From sequence record OL631481.1: a stretch of 64,000 bases of DNA; one strand, 5' to 3'. Position 1 is the stretch's first letter, and every line of letters starts with the position of its first letter. Positions 1-7,744 of this stretch are shown here, in pieces. A program made the position numbers and the translations under genes. The stretch is from Escherichia phage ECML-183-2. The notes beneath the pieces were generated by a model. That model was not told where the DNA came from. It did not search any database and was given only the letters and a program-made list of their open reading frames with translations.

Positions 1-318
1 TCTCGTAACCTTGTAGAATTCAAATGGTTTTCACCTGAATCATTAGGTTGGAAGAAAGTAGACGATCCTGAAGAACAAAAGAAAATTGATAAAGAATGTC
101 TTGCTAAAGTCGAAGAATGGAAGCATAATAAGGAAAAAGAGACAGGGCAAATTTGGGCTAACATTCATGAATCTCCCAAAGGTGGATGGTTTACAGCCTA
201 TAGTCGGGCAGGTGAACTTGCTGCTTTAGCTGTTACTAAGGCTGGAGAATTTTACAATCTTAACGTTCAGCTTACTGCCGGATATGATGTGGGTAATTCC
301 TGGGCATCCTGTCATTGA
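1..318 (+). CDS. hypothetical protein, 3' fragment (gene starts upstream of window)
   Basis: Frame 1 is open from position 1 to TGA at 316-318; no start codon inside window. Confidence 0.4.
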   Translation, partial: SRNLVEFKWFSPESLGWKKVDDPEEQKKIDKECLAKVEEWKHNKEKETGQIWANIHESPKGGWFTAYSRAGELAALAVTKAGEFYNLNVQLTAGYDVGNSWASCH

Positions 319-367
319 TCTAACATATTGTTTTATAAGGGGCTTCTGCCCCTTTATAGGAGGAGAT

Positions 368-559
368 ATGCATTACGATTTAGATTGTCTTGGTATGCCT
401 TACCTACCAGATGCATTTGAAGGCGAAGAAGAACGTGAATGGGACGATGGGGATATCCGTTGTTGGTCTTGTGGTAAAGATATGTCCTATGAACAACATA
501 TGCACAATGATGGTTTCTGCATACATTGTTATAATGAAATTGATCTGGAGGAAGATTAA
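368..559 (+). CDS. small Cys-rich (zinc-ribbon-like) hypothetical protein
   Basis: ATG at 368 preceded by AGGAGGAG; CxxC...CxxC pairs (CWSCG, CIHCY); ORF-track start at 284 lacks an SD. Confidence 0.5.
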   Translation: MHYDLDCLGMPYLPDAFEGEEEREWDDGDIRCWSCGKDMSYEQHMHNDGFCIHCYNEIDLEED

Positions 560-726
560 TGGGAAATGGTATCATGATTTGCTATAAAATTGTGCGTATT
601 GTCGGAGACGAAGTTACCACTCGGTATTTTATGATAGAATCTCAAGCCGATGAGGTTTACAATGACTGGCTTGAAAAAGGTGGATACGATTTTGTATCTA
701 AAGAAACTTTCCGTTTAGAAGTATAA
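559..726 (+). CDS. small hypothetical protein (55 aa)
   Basis: ATG overlaps upstream stop (TAATG) with GAGGAAGA just upstream; below ORF-track size cutoff. Confidence 0.35.
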   Translation: MGNGIMICYKIVRIVGDEVTTRYFMIESQADEVYNDWLEKGGYDFVSKETFRLEV

Positions 727-736
727 GGAGAAAACA

Positions 737-955
737 ATGCGTAAATTAGTGAGCTTTAATGTTTCAATTCTTGTTGATGAACAAAATGAAGATGTTATTA
801 AAGGTCTTGCAAATAAGATTGCAGGTGGAATGACGGAAGCTGAAGTGTGGGAAGAATGTGCTCGACTTTATGAGGAAGGTGTTATTGAGGTCTTGGGGGA
901 TGAGATTAATATGGACGATGTTGTAAAAGTAACTGTGGAGCGTATCAATGACTAA
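737..955 (+). CDS. hypothetical protein
   Basis: 72 aa ORF, AAGGAGAAAACA-ATG ribosome binding site. Confidence 0.5.
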   Translation: MRKLVSFNVSILVDEQNEDVIKGLANKIAGGMTEAEVWEECARLYEEGVIEVLGDEINMDDVVKVTVERIND

Positions 956-1541
956 ATCAAAACAAATCAATATTGCCAAAGAAATTCTTACCGTATTAAA
1001 GATCGCTGATCCTAATTCTGTCTTGGCTGGCGGTGCTGTTCGTGATTGGCGTATTCTTGATATTGCTGGACGTGATCTGGATTTCTATACATCCCTTCCT
1101 GCACATCGGACTGAAGAACAAGTACAAGGATTAATTGCATCTGCTTTAATGGGAACCAATATTCGTAAACTAGGAAACAAAGAGGCTTCTGACAATTATG
1201 AAGGTGTTACTGGTCTTAAACACGTTTTTGAGTTTGAACGTGATGGTCAGCTTTGCAACCTTATGATTATGGAACCAAGCGTAATGACAACCTTTCTAAA
1301 TGAGTTTGATCTGTCCATCTGCCAGGCTGCATTTGATGGGAAGGATTGTTATTACTCTAAAGATTTTGAAACAACTTTGGAAACAGGGATCTGCTTCTTG
1401 CACAAAGATGTTAGAGAAGATGCCAAACACGTTATTAAAATTGCTACACGTTTCCCATATCTTCGTTTTGTGAAAGAGGTTAAGGTTCCACGTCCACCTC
1501 AAGTAGATACCAGATTGGAAGAAGATGATATTCCTTGGTAA
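948..1541 (+). CDS. Pol-beta superfamily nucleotidyltransferase, CCA-adding-enzyme head-like (GGAVRD...DLD), acidic C-terminal tip EEDDIPW
   Basis: Motif LAGGAVRDWRILDIAGRDLDF matches the class II tRNA nucleotidyltransferase signature; overlaps upstream stop. Confidence 0.5.
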   Translation: MTKSKQINIAKEILTVLKIADPNSVLAGGAVRDWRILDIAGRDLDFYTSLPAHRTEEQVQGLIASALMGTNIRKLGNKEASDNYEGVTGLKHVFEFERDGQLCNLMIMEPSVMTTFLNEFDLSICQAAFDGKDCYYSKDFETTLETGICFLHKDVREDAKHVIKIATRFPYLRFVKEVKVPRPPQVDTRLEEDDIPW

Positions 1542-1548
1542 TTAAAGC

Positions 1549-1578
1549 TTGACAATATTAAACATTTTATGATAGGAT
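1549..1578 (+). promoter_or_regulatory. sigma70-like promoter TTGACA-N18-TAGGAT
   Basis: -35 at 1549-1554, -10 at 1573-1578, immediately upstream of the ORF starting at 1587. Confidence 0.4.
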
Positions 1579-1586
1579 AGCATTCA

Positions 1587-1979
1587 ATGACTGAACGTTC
1601 TAAGATAGCTGTTGAAACTGTTTATGGAAACTACACCAGTTTGACACTAGTTGAGAAAAATGTTGTAGGTCTTGACAACTCTTTTTATTTTCAAATTTTG
1701 GTTATTCAAGGTGGAAACAAGAAGCTAACTGCTCGTGTCGAAACATCTGAAATAATTGAAACCACTGTTACAAACAAAGAATTCATTTCACTGCAAGATA
1801 CAATCCGAAACGTTATAGACGAAGAAGGCAAAGCTGCCACAATTAAACTCGGAGGTTTCCCAGTGCAAATAGTTCATTTTCCTAATGGTGAAATTGGAGT
1901 TGGAATAGGTAAAGGTAAATACCTGTTAGAGCAAGATGATATGGAAAGACTCCGCTCTTTCTGTGCAAAATTAATGTAA
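1587..1979 (+). CDS. hypothetical protein
   Basis: 130 aa ORF downstream of predicted promoter. Confidence 0.55.
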   Translation: MTERSKIAVETVYGNYTSLTLVEKNVVGLDNSFYFQILVIQGGNKKLTARVETSEIIETTVTNKEFISLQDTIRNVIDEEGKAATIKLGGFPVQIVHFPNGEIGVGIGKGKYLLEQDDMERLRSFCAKLM

Positions 1980-1995
1980 TGTAGAGGAGATAATA

Positions 1996-2883
1996 ATGTC
2001 CGTAATTAATACTGAAACTGATCGTAAAGGCAAAACCGTAACTTATGCAACTGGTATCGTAGACTACGTTAAACTGGATAAATTCGCTGAACCTAAAACT
2101 TTTCATTGGGAAGGAAAAACGATTGTTTCAACTCACCGAGCTTCTCTTGTTCTGAAAGAGAAAGGTGCTAAACCAGATGAGAAAGGTGTTTGGATTTCTC
2201 TTGGTGATATTGAACTGAAAGAAGGTTATGAAAACCTGCAAGTCAAAGAAGGTGATAATTGGATCACTATTGAAAAAGGTGTAGAAGTAAGTATTGATAT
2301 TGATCGTGTTGATAATAAAGGCGGTAAAACTTACTACAATACTAAAAAATCTCGTATTACAGTATTGTCTACCGATGGTGTTCAGAAGTCTAACAAATCT
2401 TCTGGCAATAAAGGTTCCAACGATGCTGCTCCTAAACAATCCTATAAAAAACGTGATACTGTAGGTCTGGAAACTGGTCACGCAGTAAATGGTGCACTGG
2501 AACTGATTCGTAATGGTGTTAAAGGCGATGCTTTCGATATCGCTGGGGTTGTTCAATCTGCAACTGTCACGCTGAAATCTGAAATTGCTGAATCTCGTGG
2601 CGTTGATATTAATGATTATGATCTTGGGGCATCTGTTGGTCACGCTATCCTCAATGCTTGTAAAGACCATACCATTAAGACTGTATCTGTAGAAGATCTG
2701 ATTGATTCTGCTCGTAAAGTTCTGGCTCTGTCTGATAAAGTTGCTGCTGCCATTCGTGGTTCCGCAGAACAACCTAAGAAAGAAGAGAAGAAAGAAGTTA
2801 AAAAGCCTGAACCACAACCAGAACCAACTCCAAGTAATCAAGAAGAACCTCCGATGGACTTCGATGATGATATTCCGTTCTGA
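1996..2883 (+). CDS. putative ssDNA-binding protein with E. coli SSB-type C-terminal tip (PMDFDDDIPF)
   Basis: 295 aa; low-complexity acidic linker then terminal DFDDDIPF, identical to the host SSB-Ct motif; GAGGAG RBS. Confidence 0.55.
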   Translation: MSVINTETDRKGKTVTYATGIVDYVKLDKFAEPKTFHWEGKTIVSTHRASLVLKEKGAKPDEKGVWISLGDIELKEGYENLQVKEGDNWITIEKGVEVSIDIDRVDNKGGKTYYNTKKSRITVLSTDGVQKSNKSSGNKGSNDAAPKQSYKKRDTVGLETGHAVNGALELIRNGVKGDAFDIAGVVQSATVTLKSEIAESRGVDINDYDLGASVGHAILNACKDHTIKTVSVEDLIDSARKVLALSDKVAAAIRGSAEQPKKEEKKEVKKPEPQPEPTPSNQEEPPMDFDDDIPF

Positions 2884-2917
2884 TCTTATTGATTTATAAA
2901 GAGTTTTTTATAAAAGA

Positions 2918-2945
2918 AAGGAGCCAAATGGCTCCTTTTCTTATT
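2918..2945. terminator. bidirectional intrinsic terminator between convergent genes
   Basis: Hairpin AAGGAGCC-AAAT-GGCTCCTT flanked by T-runs on both strands. Confidence 0.6.
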
Positions 2946-5613
2946 TATAACCGGAAGGAATGTTGTTATAATCAGAAAGTTTTGTGCAATACCTGAATAG
3001 GTAACTATTAGCTACTCCGCCTAATGTATTTGTTAATGTTGTTCCTGTTCCTGTAAGATTTGTGCATCCACTAAAGAAAGAAGATAATGCTCCACGTTTA
3101 CCACAAACAGTTAACCCTGGGTTGTCATTAAAGATCTTATTAAAATCTGTAAGTCCTAAACAACCTTGGAATGTAGCTGTTAAAGAGGTCACTTTCGTTG
3201 GAATATTATCAAACATTCCTGCTGGAACTTCTGCAAGAGAGGTGCAATCTTTAAAGGTGTAAGAATATCTTGTAACTTTTGATAAATTTTTAAATAAATC
3301 AGAAGGAATAGATGTTAAAGACGTACAACCTTCAAACGTGCTTGACATTGTTGTCATCGAAGGAAATAAAGTATCGCTGAATAATCCTTCAGGGATAGCT
3401 GTCAAACTTGTGCAGCCAGAGAAAATACCACTTATAGACGTTCCGGTGTAAGATGTGTTACTGAAACAATCAGAGGTTATTCGTCTTAAGTTAGCACAAC
3501 CTTTTAAGAATTGTGAGGCTGGGCTTGTAGAATAACTAATCCTGTTGCCGCCCCATAATTCTAAAAGACTTGGGTTTGCTTCCATAGACACTTCCACACT
3601 ATTAACTACTGAAGCACTTGCAAATTCAATAGCCAGTCTATATTCTCCTGCGGGATAACTATCCACTGTAGAGAAAGCTTTGTTTCTAAATATTACTTTA
3701 CTTGAAGGAACTACAACGTCATCCACCTTAACTACAAAGTTAGCTGGTGTAACAGTACCCGATAAAGTTGGGAACGTAATCGCCCCATCTGCCGAGTGGT
3801 TGAAATATCCGTTTAGAACCGTTAAACTACTACTCGGAGATGGAGCTAACTCCTTTCCCGCAACAGCGTTCACCGTTAAATAAGAACTATCAGAAGCGGT
3901 AACAACACCTTGATATGTAGCTGTGCAACCAATTCTACAACCACCATCACCAACACCAGTTATTACACCAGTTGTAGGATCTACTGTAGCAACATTAGGA
4001 TCTGTAGTTGTATACTCAACAACCATACCAGGTAAGCTTGCTGCTCCTGTTGGCGTTATTTCTGCTACCATTGTTTGTGTTGTTCCTACATCCATCGCAG
4101 ATAAGCTAGGAGTGTAAACACTTAATGTTGAAGCATATCCTCCAGAGGTATCTGATAAAGTTGTTCCTTCAGCGTTTAAGGCTGTCATACCCGCATCAAA
4201 ACCACCTTCTGCATGGAAAGTCATTACACCAGTAGACGATATTGTCATGTTTGCAGGGGCAGAAGAAGTGTATTTAATATTGAAAAGTTTACCTCCTTCT
4301 GGGCTAACAGAATGTGTCAACTGTTTAGTTCCACCTACAATACAAATTCCTAAAGAATCTGTAGTTAAGCCTGTTGCCAGAATATCGCCCGTAATCACGG
4401 AGCTTGCTATTGGTGTGAATTTATTATAATTTAGACCACTATTGAATAGATACGAGGCTTTCCCATCTTTCCAAATACCGGAATAATACATATCTCCATT
4501 ATAAACGAAAAAGGTTCCTTGATAACCTAATTGGTTAGTAATATCCATATTCAGCGTATGAACGCTTGTGAGCTTGTTTATATCCCAGGAACCCACTCCT
4601 TCAGGTTTAACTGGTTTTCCCACTTGGAGTGGATCTCCGCTCGCAGAATCATACCCCAAACCTAAGTTTGCAGTGTAGTTCTTACCAATAGCCCACAAGG
4701 AATTATTGATCCCAACGAAAAAAGAGTGGCGGCTTGGTGGAAATTTCCATGTTGAAAAACCTGCTGCAAAGGTGTCCAGTTTAGTGTAGGTTGTTTCTGT
4801 ATTAGATCTAACATATAAGTAGTTTACTGTACCCGCGCCACCGGAGGTATCTCCTACAATTATTGTCTGGGAAACTGTATTGATGTAATCTTTGACATAC
4901 ACTGTTTCAGTAGTGGATATCGTGGCATTGACAAAAGCGGTTGTTGTGTTATTATTACCTGCTAAACCTTTACTGGCTCCACAAACACGCAAGGTTCCCA
5001 CATTGTTGACATAAGAACATTGATTGTAGCCTGCATCAAAAGCAACTGCTGCACTTGTTATCTGACGAGGAGTAGAAACTTCGTTAGTAGTACTTGCACC
5101 TAAACTACCTACTGTGTTTTGACCTGATCCATAAAGAACACCACTATTCATTAACCAGAGAGTATTGTTATATCCTCCCTTAACCTCTTTAAGATTAGCT
5201 AAAGAGATAGTCCCTGTTATTACAGATGGAAAGCTGGTCCAAGTAGTTACACATGCATCCGTACCACCTGCTGCTATAGATCCTACCAACCCTGCTGTCA
5301 ATCCTGAATATTGCCATCCCCCACTGTTAGTTTTAATAACAAAACAACGATCTGCGGTAAACACATCCGCTACTACAGTAGAAGCTAAGTGGAAATTATT
5401 GAATCGTGCACTACGAGTTCCATCTGCAATCTCACCAAAGAGGTTTGCGCCTTGAGTAAACAATCTACCATCATTAAGCAAAATTGCTAAACTACTGTTA
5501 GAATTACCAGCGTTATCTGGGTAATCTAAAGTAATTACTTTTTTAACAATACCTGCTGGCAGAGGAACGACACCAGTGCTGGTCATAATAGTAAATATTG
5601 GAATTGGAAACAT
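2941..5613 (-). CDS. tail fibre / receptor-binding protein with RCC1-like repeats, Ig-like (Big_2-like) domain and BspA-type leucine-rich repeats
   Basis: 890 aa; N-terminal G-rich propeller-like repeats, central Ig-like region, C-terminal repeated CTSLTxIPxxLF units. Confidence 0.55.
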   Translation of the reverse strand: MFPIPIFTIMTSTGVVPLPAGIVKKVITLDYPDNAGNSNSSLAILLNDGRLFTQGANLFGEIADGTRSARFNNFHLASTVVADVFTADRCFVIKTNSGGWQYSGLTAGLVGSIAAGGTDACVTTWTSFPSVITGTISLANLKEVKGGYNNTLWLMNSGVLYGSGQNTVGSLGASTTNEVSTPRQITSAAVAFDAGYNQCSYVNNVGTLRVCGASKGLAGNNNTTTAFVNATISTTETVYVKDYINTVSQTIIVGDTSGGAGTVNYLYVRSNTETTYTKLDTFAAGFSTWKFPPSRHSFFVGINNSLWAIGKNYTANLGLGYDSASGDPLQVGKPVKPEGVGSWDINKLTSVHTLNMDITNQLGYQGTFFVYNGDMYYSGIWKDGKASYLFNSGLNYNKFTPIASSVITGDILATGLTTDSLGICIVGGTKQLTHSVSPEGGKLFNIKYTSSAPANMTISSTGVMTFHAEGGFDAGMTALNAEGTTLSDTSGGYASTLSVYTPSLSAMDVGTTQTMVAEITPTGAASLPGMVVEYTTTDPNVATVDPTTGVITGVGDGGCRIGCTATYQGVVTASDSSYLTVNAVAGKELAPSPSSSLTVLNGYFNHSADGAITFPTLSGTVTPANFVVKVDDVVVPSSKVIFRNKAFSTVDSYPAGEYRLAIEFASASVVNSVEVSMEANPSLLELWGGNRISYSTSPASQFLKGCANLRRITSDCFSNTSYTGTSISGIFSGCTSLTAIPEGLFSDTLFPSMTTMSSTFEGCTSLTSIPSDLFKNLSKVTRYSYTFKDCTSLAEVPAGMFDNIPTKVTSLTATFQGCLGLTDFNKIFNDNPGLTVCGKRGALSSFFSGCTNLTGTGTTLTNTLGGVANSYLFRYCTKLSDYNNIPSGYK

Positions 5614-5621
5614 TTAAACCC

Positions 5622-5651
5622 TCCATAAAAAGAAAGCCCCTTTCGGGGCTT
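5622..5651 (-). terminator. intrinsic terminator
   Basis: Hairpin AAGCCCC-TTTC-GGGGCTT with U-run on the minus-strand transcript, just downstream of gene 5655-7679. Confidence 0.5.
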
Positions 5652-5654
5652 CTG

Positions 5655-7679
5655 TTATCGTGTTACAACAACCATGTCCACGATATTACCCACACCAGGA
5701 TACGTTAATTGCAAAATTGTTACTGCGTTAGCAGTAGTTGCTATTTCTGTATCATTCAGTGCTCCATAAGACGCATCTAGTGTAACCGTGTGTCCCGTTG
5801 TATCTTGAATCAAATAAATCATTGCTGAAAATGCTTTAGGTTTTGTAGATCCAGTGACACCAGGCCATGCTCCAACTGTCAGAGCGTCAGTTACTGTAAC
5901 AACATACATATTGGAAGTTCCAGAAGGAGTCCAAGATGCTCCAGAGTTGGCAGTAGTTGTTTCAAGTTCCATGAAACCTGCTGTAACTCTAGTTGGTGTT
6001 ATAGCTTCTGTAGGATCTGATCCTGATATTTCGATCCAGTTCCCATCAGAACGACCATACGTCAAGCCGTCTTGAGGTGCTTCTGGTATACTAGGAAGAG
6101 TTCCTATAAGTGTCCATGTAGAAGAATCTGTTTTCTTAAACACTGCTCCAGTGGTAGTATTGAAAGCGTAATCATTGATAACACCATCACCTGCGACTGG
6201 ATTAGTTGTTGCTACAAACCACTGTGCGCCGTCCTTACCGTTGGTTCCATCAGTACCGTTGGTTCCGTTTGTTCCAGGATCACCCTTATCTCCTTTATCC
6301 CCTTTTTCACCTTTGTCGCCTTTAATACTTCCCATGTCAACAAAAGATGCTGAATTGGTGTCTTGATCGTAGGTATAGATGTAAAGATTACTAGTGTCTT
6401 CAGTTAAGTAAGCATCACCGTAGTTATTATAAACAGGGAGAGCTTCGCCGTTTGCAACATGACCTTTAGCTGTAATAGATCTACCACCCAAACTACCTAC
6501 ATTGAGCCACGTTTGATTGTCGTCGATCCACACGTAAAGGTCATTTTTTACAATGTAGGCATCACCAACCTCCGCTACAGAAGGTAATTCTGAAACATCT
6601 GACAATTCACCATTTACAGAAAGACCTGCACCAACCGGACCTTGGATACCTTGAACACCCTGTTCACCTTGTGGACCAGGATCTCCCTTATCTCCTTTGT
6701 CACCCTTCTCTCCTTTTAAGGAAGCAACAAAATCTACTTCTGTCCCTTCATTACCAGCATCCAGCCAACTTTGATATGCAGATTTACCTTCATCTCCATC
6801 TGTTCCATCAAGACCGTCTTTACCTGCCTCACCTTGTGGACCTTGAGGACCAACAATATTACCCATGTTGACCCAAGCTGTCCCATTAGAGACATAAAGA
6901 TTACCATCGATAGAGTACGCTTGGCTTACGTTTTCAGAGTTAGGTTGTGGTAAGTTACTTGTAGAAGGCAAATCCCCACGATAATCAAAACCGTTGGCGT
7001 TAACACCAGGTGCTCCCTGTGGCCCTGTAGGACCAACATCACCTTTATCACCTTTTATAGAGGTAAGAAAGTCATAAACAGATCCTGTATTACCATCTGC
7101 CAACCATACCTCATAAGCTGATTTCCCTTCTGGCCCAAGAGAAGAAATAAGTTTCCAAACAGAACCATCCCAAGCGTAAATCACATCACCTACGATATAA
7201 CCATCTCCTGCAATGTTACCTGTAGATGGTAGTTCACTAGTGCTTGCTAATGATCCCTTAATATTAAGTTGAGCACCAGTATCTCCTTTCAAAGAAGCAA
7301 GCCACTGGGCTTCTGTTCCAACAAAACCATTATCAAGTGCGATCTGATAAGCCGATTTACCAGCTTCAGGTATTGCTTCTGACAAATCATCGATCTGTTG
7401 TTGCACTGCCGTAAACTTGGCATTGATAATTGCTATATCATCAGCGGTCCCAACACTTTGCCATGCAAGGGAAGAAATACCACCTGTGGTGGCTGGCGTA
7501 GAGTTTGCTGGAACTACTTTAGGAAAAGTTCCTTTCCATTGGTAATAATTCCCTTCTGCTGCTAACAGCAAAACTTCACGGGAATTACGTAATGTAAAAC
7601 CTGCCTCAAAGCTGCGACGTTTTCGATAAGTAGCTTCTACCAGATCGGCTATCGCACTATTAGGTCTTGTTAAATTCAT
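5655..7679 (-). CDS. collagen-like repeat tail fibre protein
   Basis: 674 aa with several Gly-X-Y runs (GDKGDKGDKGDPGPQGEQG, GEKGDKGDKGDPGTNGTNG). Confidence 0.6.
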   Translation of the reverse strand: MNLTRPNSAIADLVEATYRKRRSFEAGFTLRNSREVLLLAAEGNYYQWKGTFPKVVPANSTPATTGGISSLAWQSVGTADDIAIINAKFTAVQQQIDDLSEAIPEAGKSAYQIALDNGFVGTEAQWLASLKGDTGAQLNIKGSLASTSELPSTGNIAGDGYIVGDVIYAWDGSVWKLISSLGPEGKSAYEVWLADGNTGSVYDFLTSIKGDKGDVGPTGPQGAPGVNANGFDYRGDLPSTSNLPQPNSENVSQAYSIDGNLYVSNGTAWVNMGNIVGPQGPQGEAGKDGLDGTDGDEGKSAYQSWLDAGNEGTEVDFVASLKGEKGDKGDKGDPGPQGEQGVQGIQGPVGAGLSVNGELSDVSELPSVAEVGDAYIVKNDLYVWIDDNQTWLNVGSLGGRSITAKGHVANGEALPVYNNYGDAYLTEDTSNLYIYTYDQDTNSASFVDMGSIKGDKGEKGDKGDKGDPGTNGTNGTDGTNGKDGAQWFVATTNPVAGDGVINDYAFNTTTGAVFKKTDSSTWTLIGTLPSIPEAPQDGLTYGRSDGNWIEISGSDPTEAITPTRVTAGFMELETTTANSGASWTPSGTSNMYVVTVTDALTVGAWPGVTGSTKPKAFSAMIYLIQDTTGHTVTLDASYGALNDTEIATTANAVTILQLTYPGVGNIVDMVVVTR

Positions 7680-7713
7680 TTATCTCTCCTATTATTAGAC
7701 CATTCTATTGGAA

Positions 7714-7740
7714 GAAGAGGGGGAATCCCCCCTCTCTATT
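7714..7740. terminator. GC-rich palindromic hairpin (terminator-like)
   Basis: AGAGGGGG-AAT-CCCCCTCT palindrome between genes 5655-7679 and 7745-10798. Confidence 0.4.
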
Positions 7741-7744
7741 TCCA

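Noticed and set aside
2128-2841. 237-aa minus-strand ORF antisense to the SSB-like gene
   Set aside because: Low-complexity Phe/Asn-rich translation with no RBS; it is the reverse frame of a well-supported plus-strand gene
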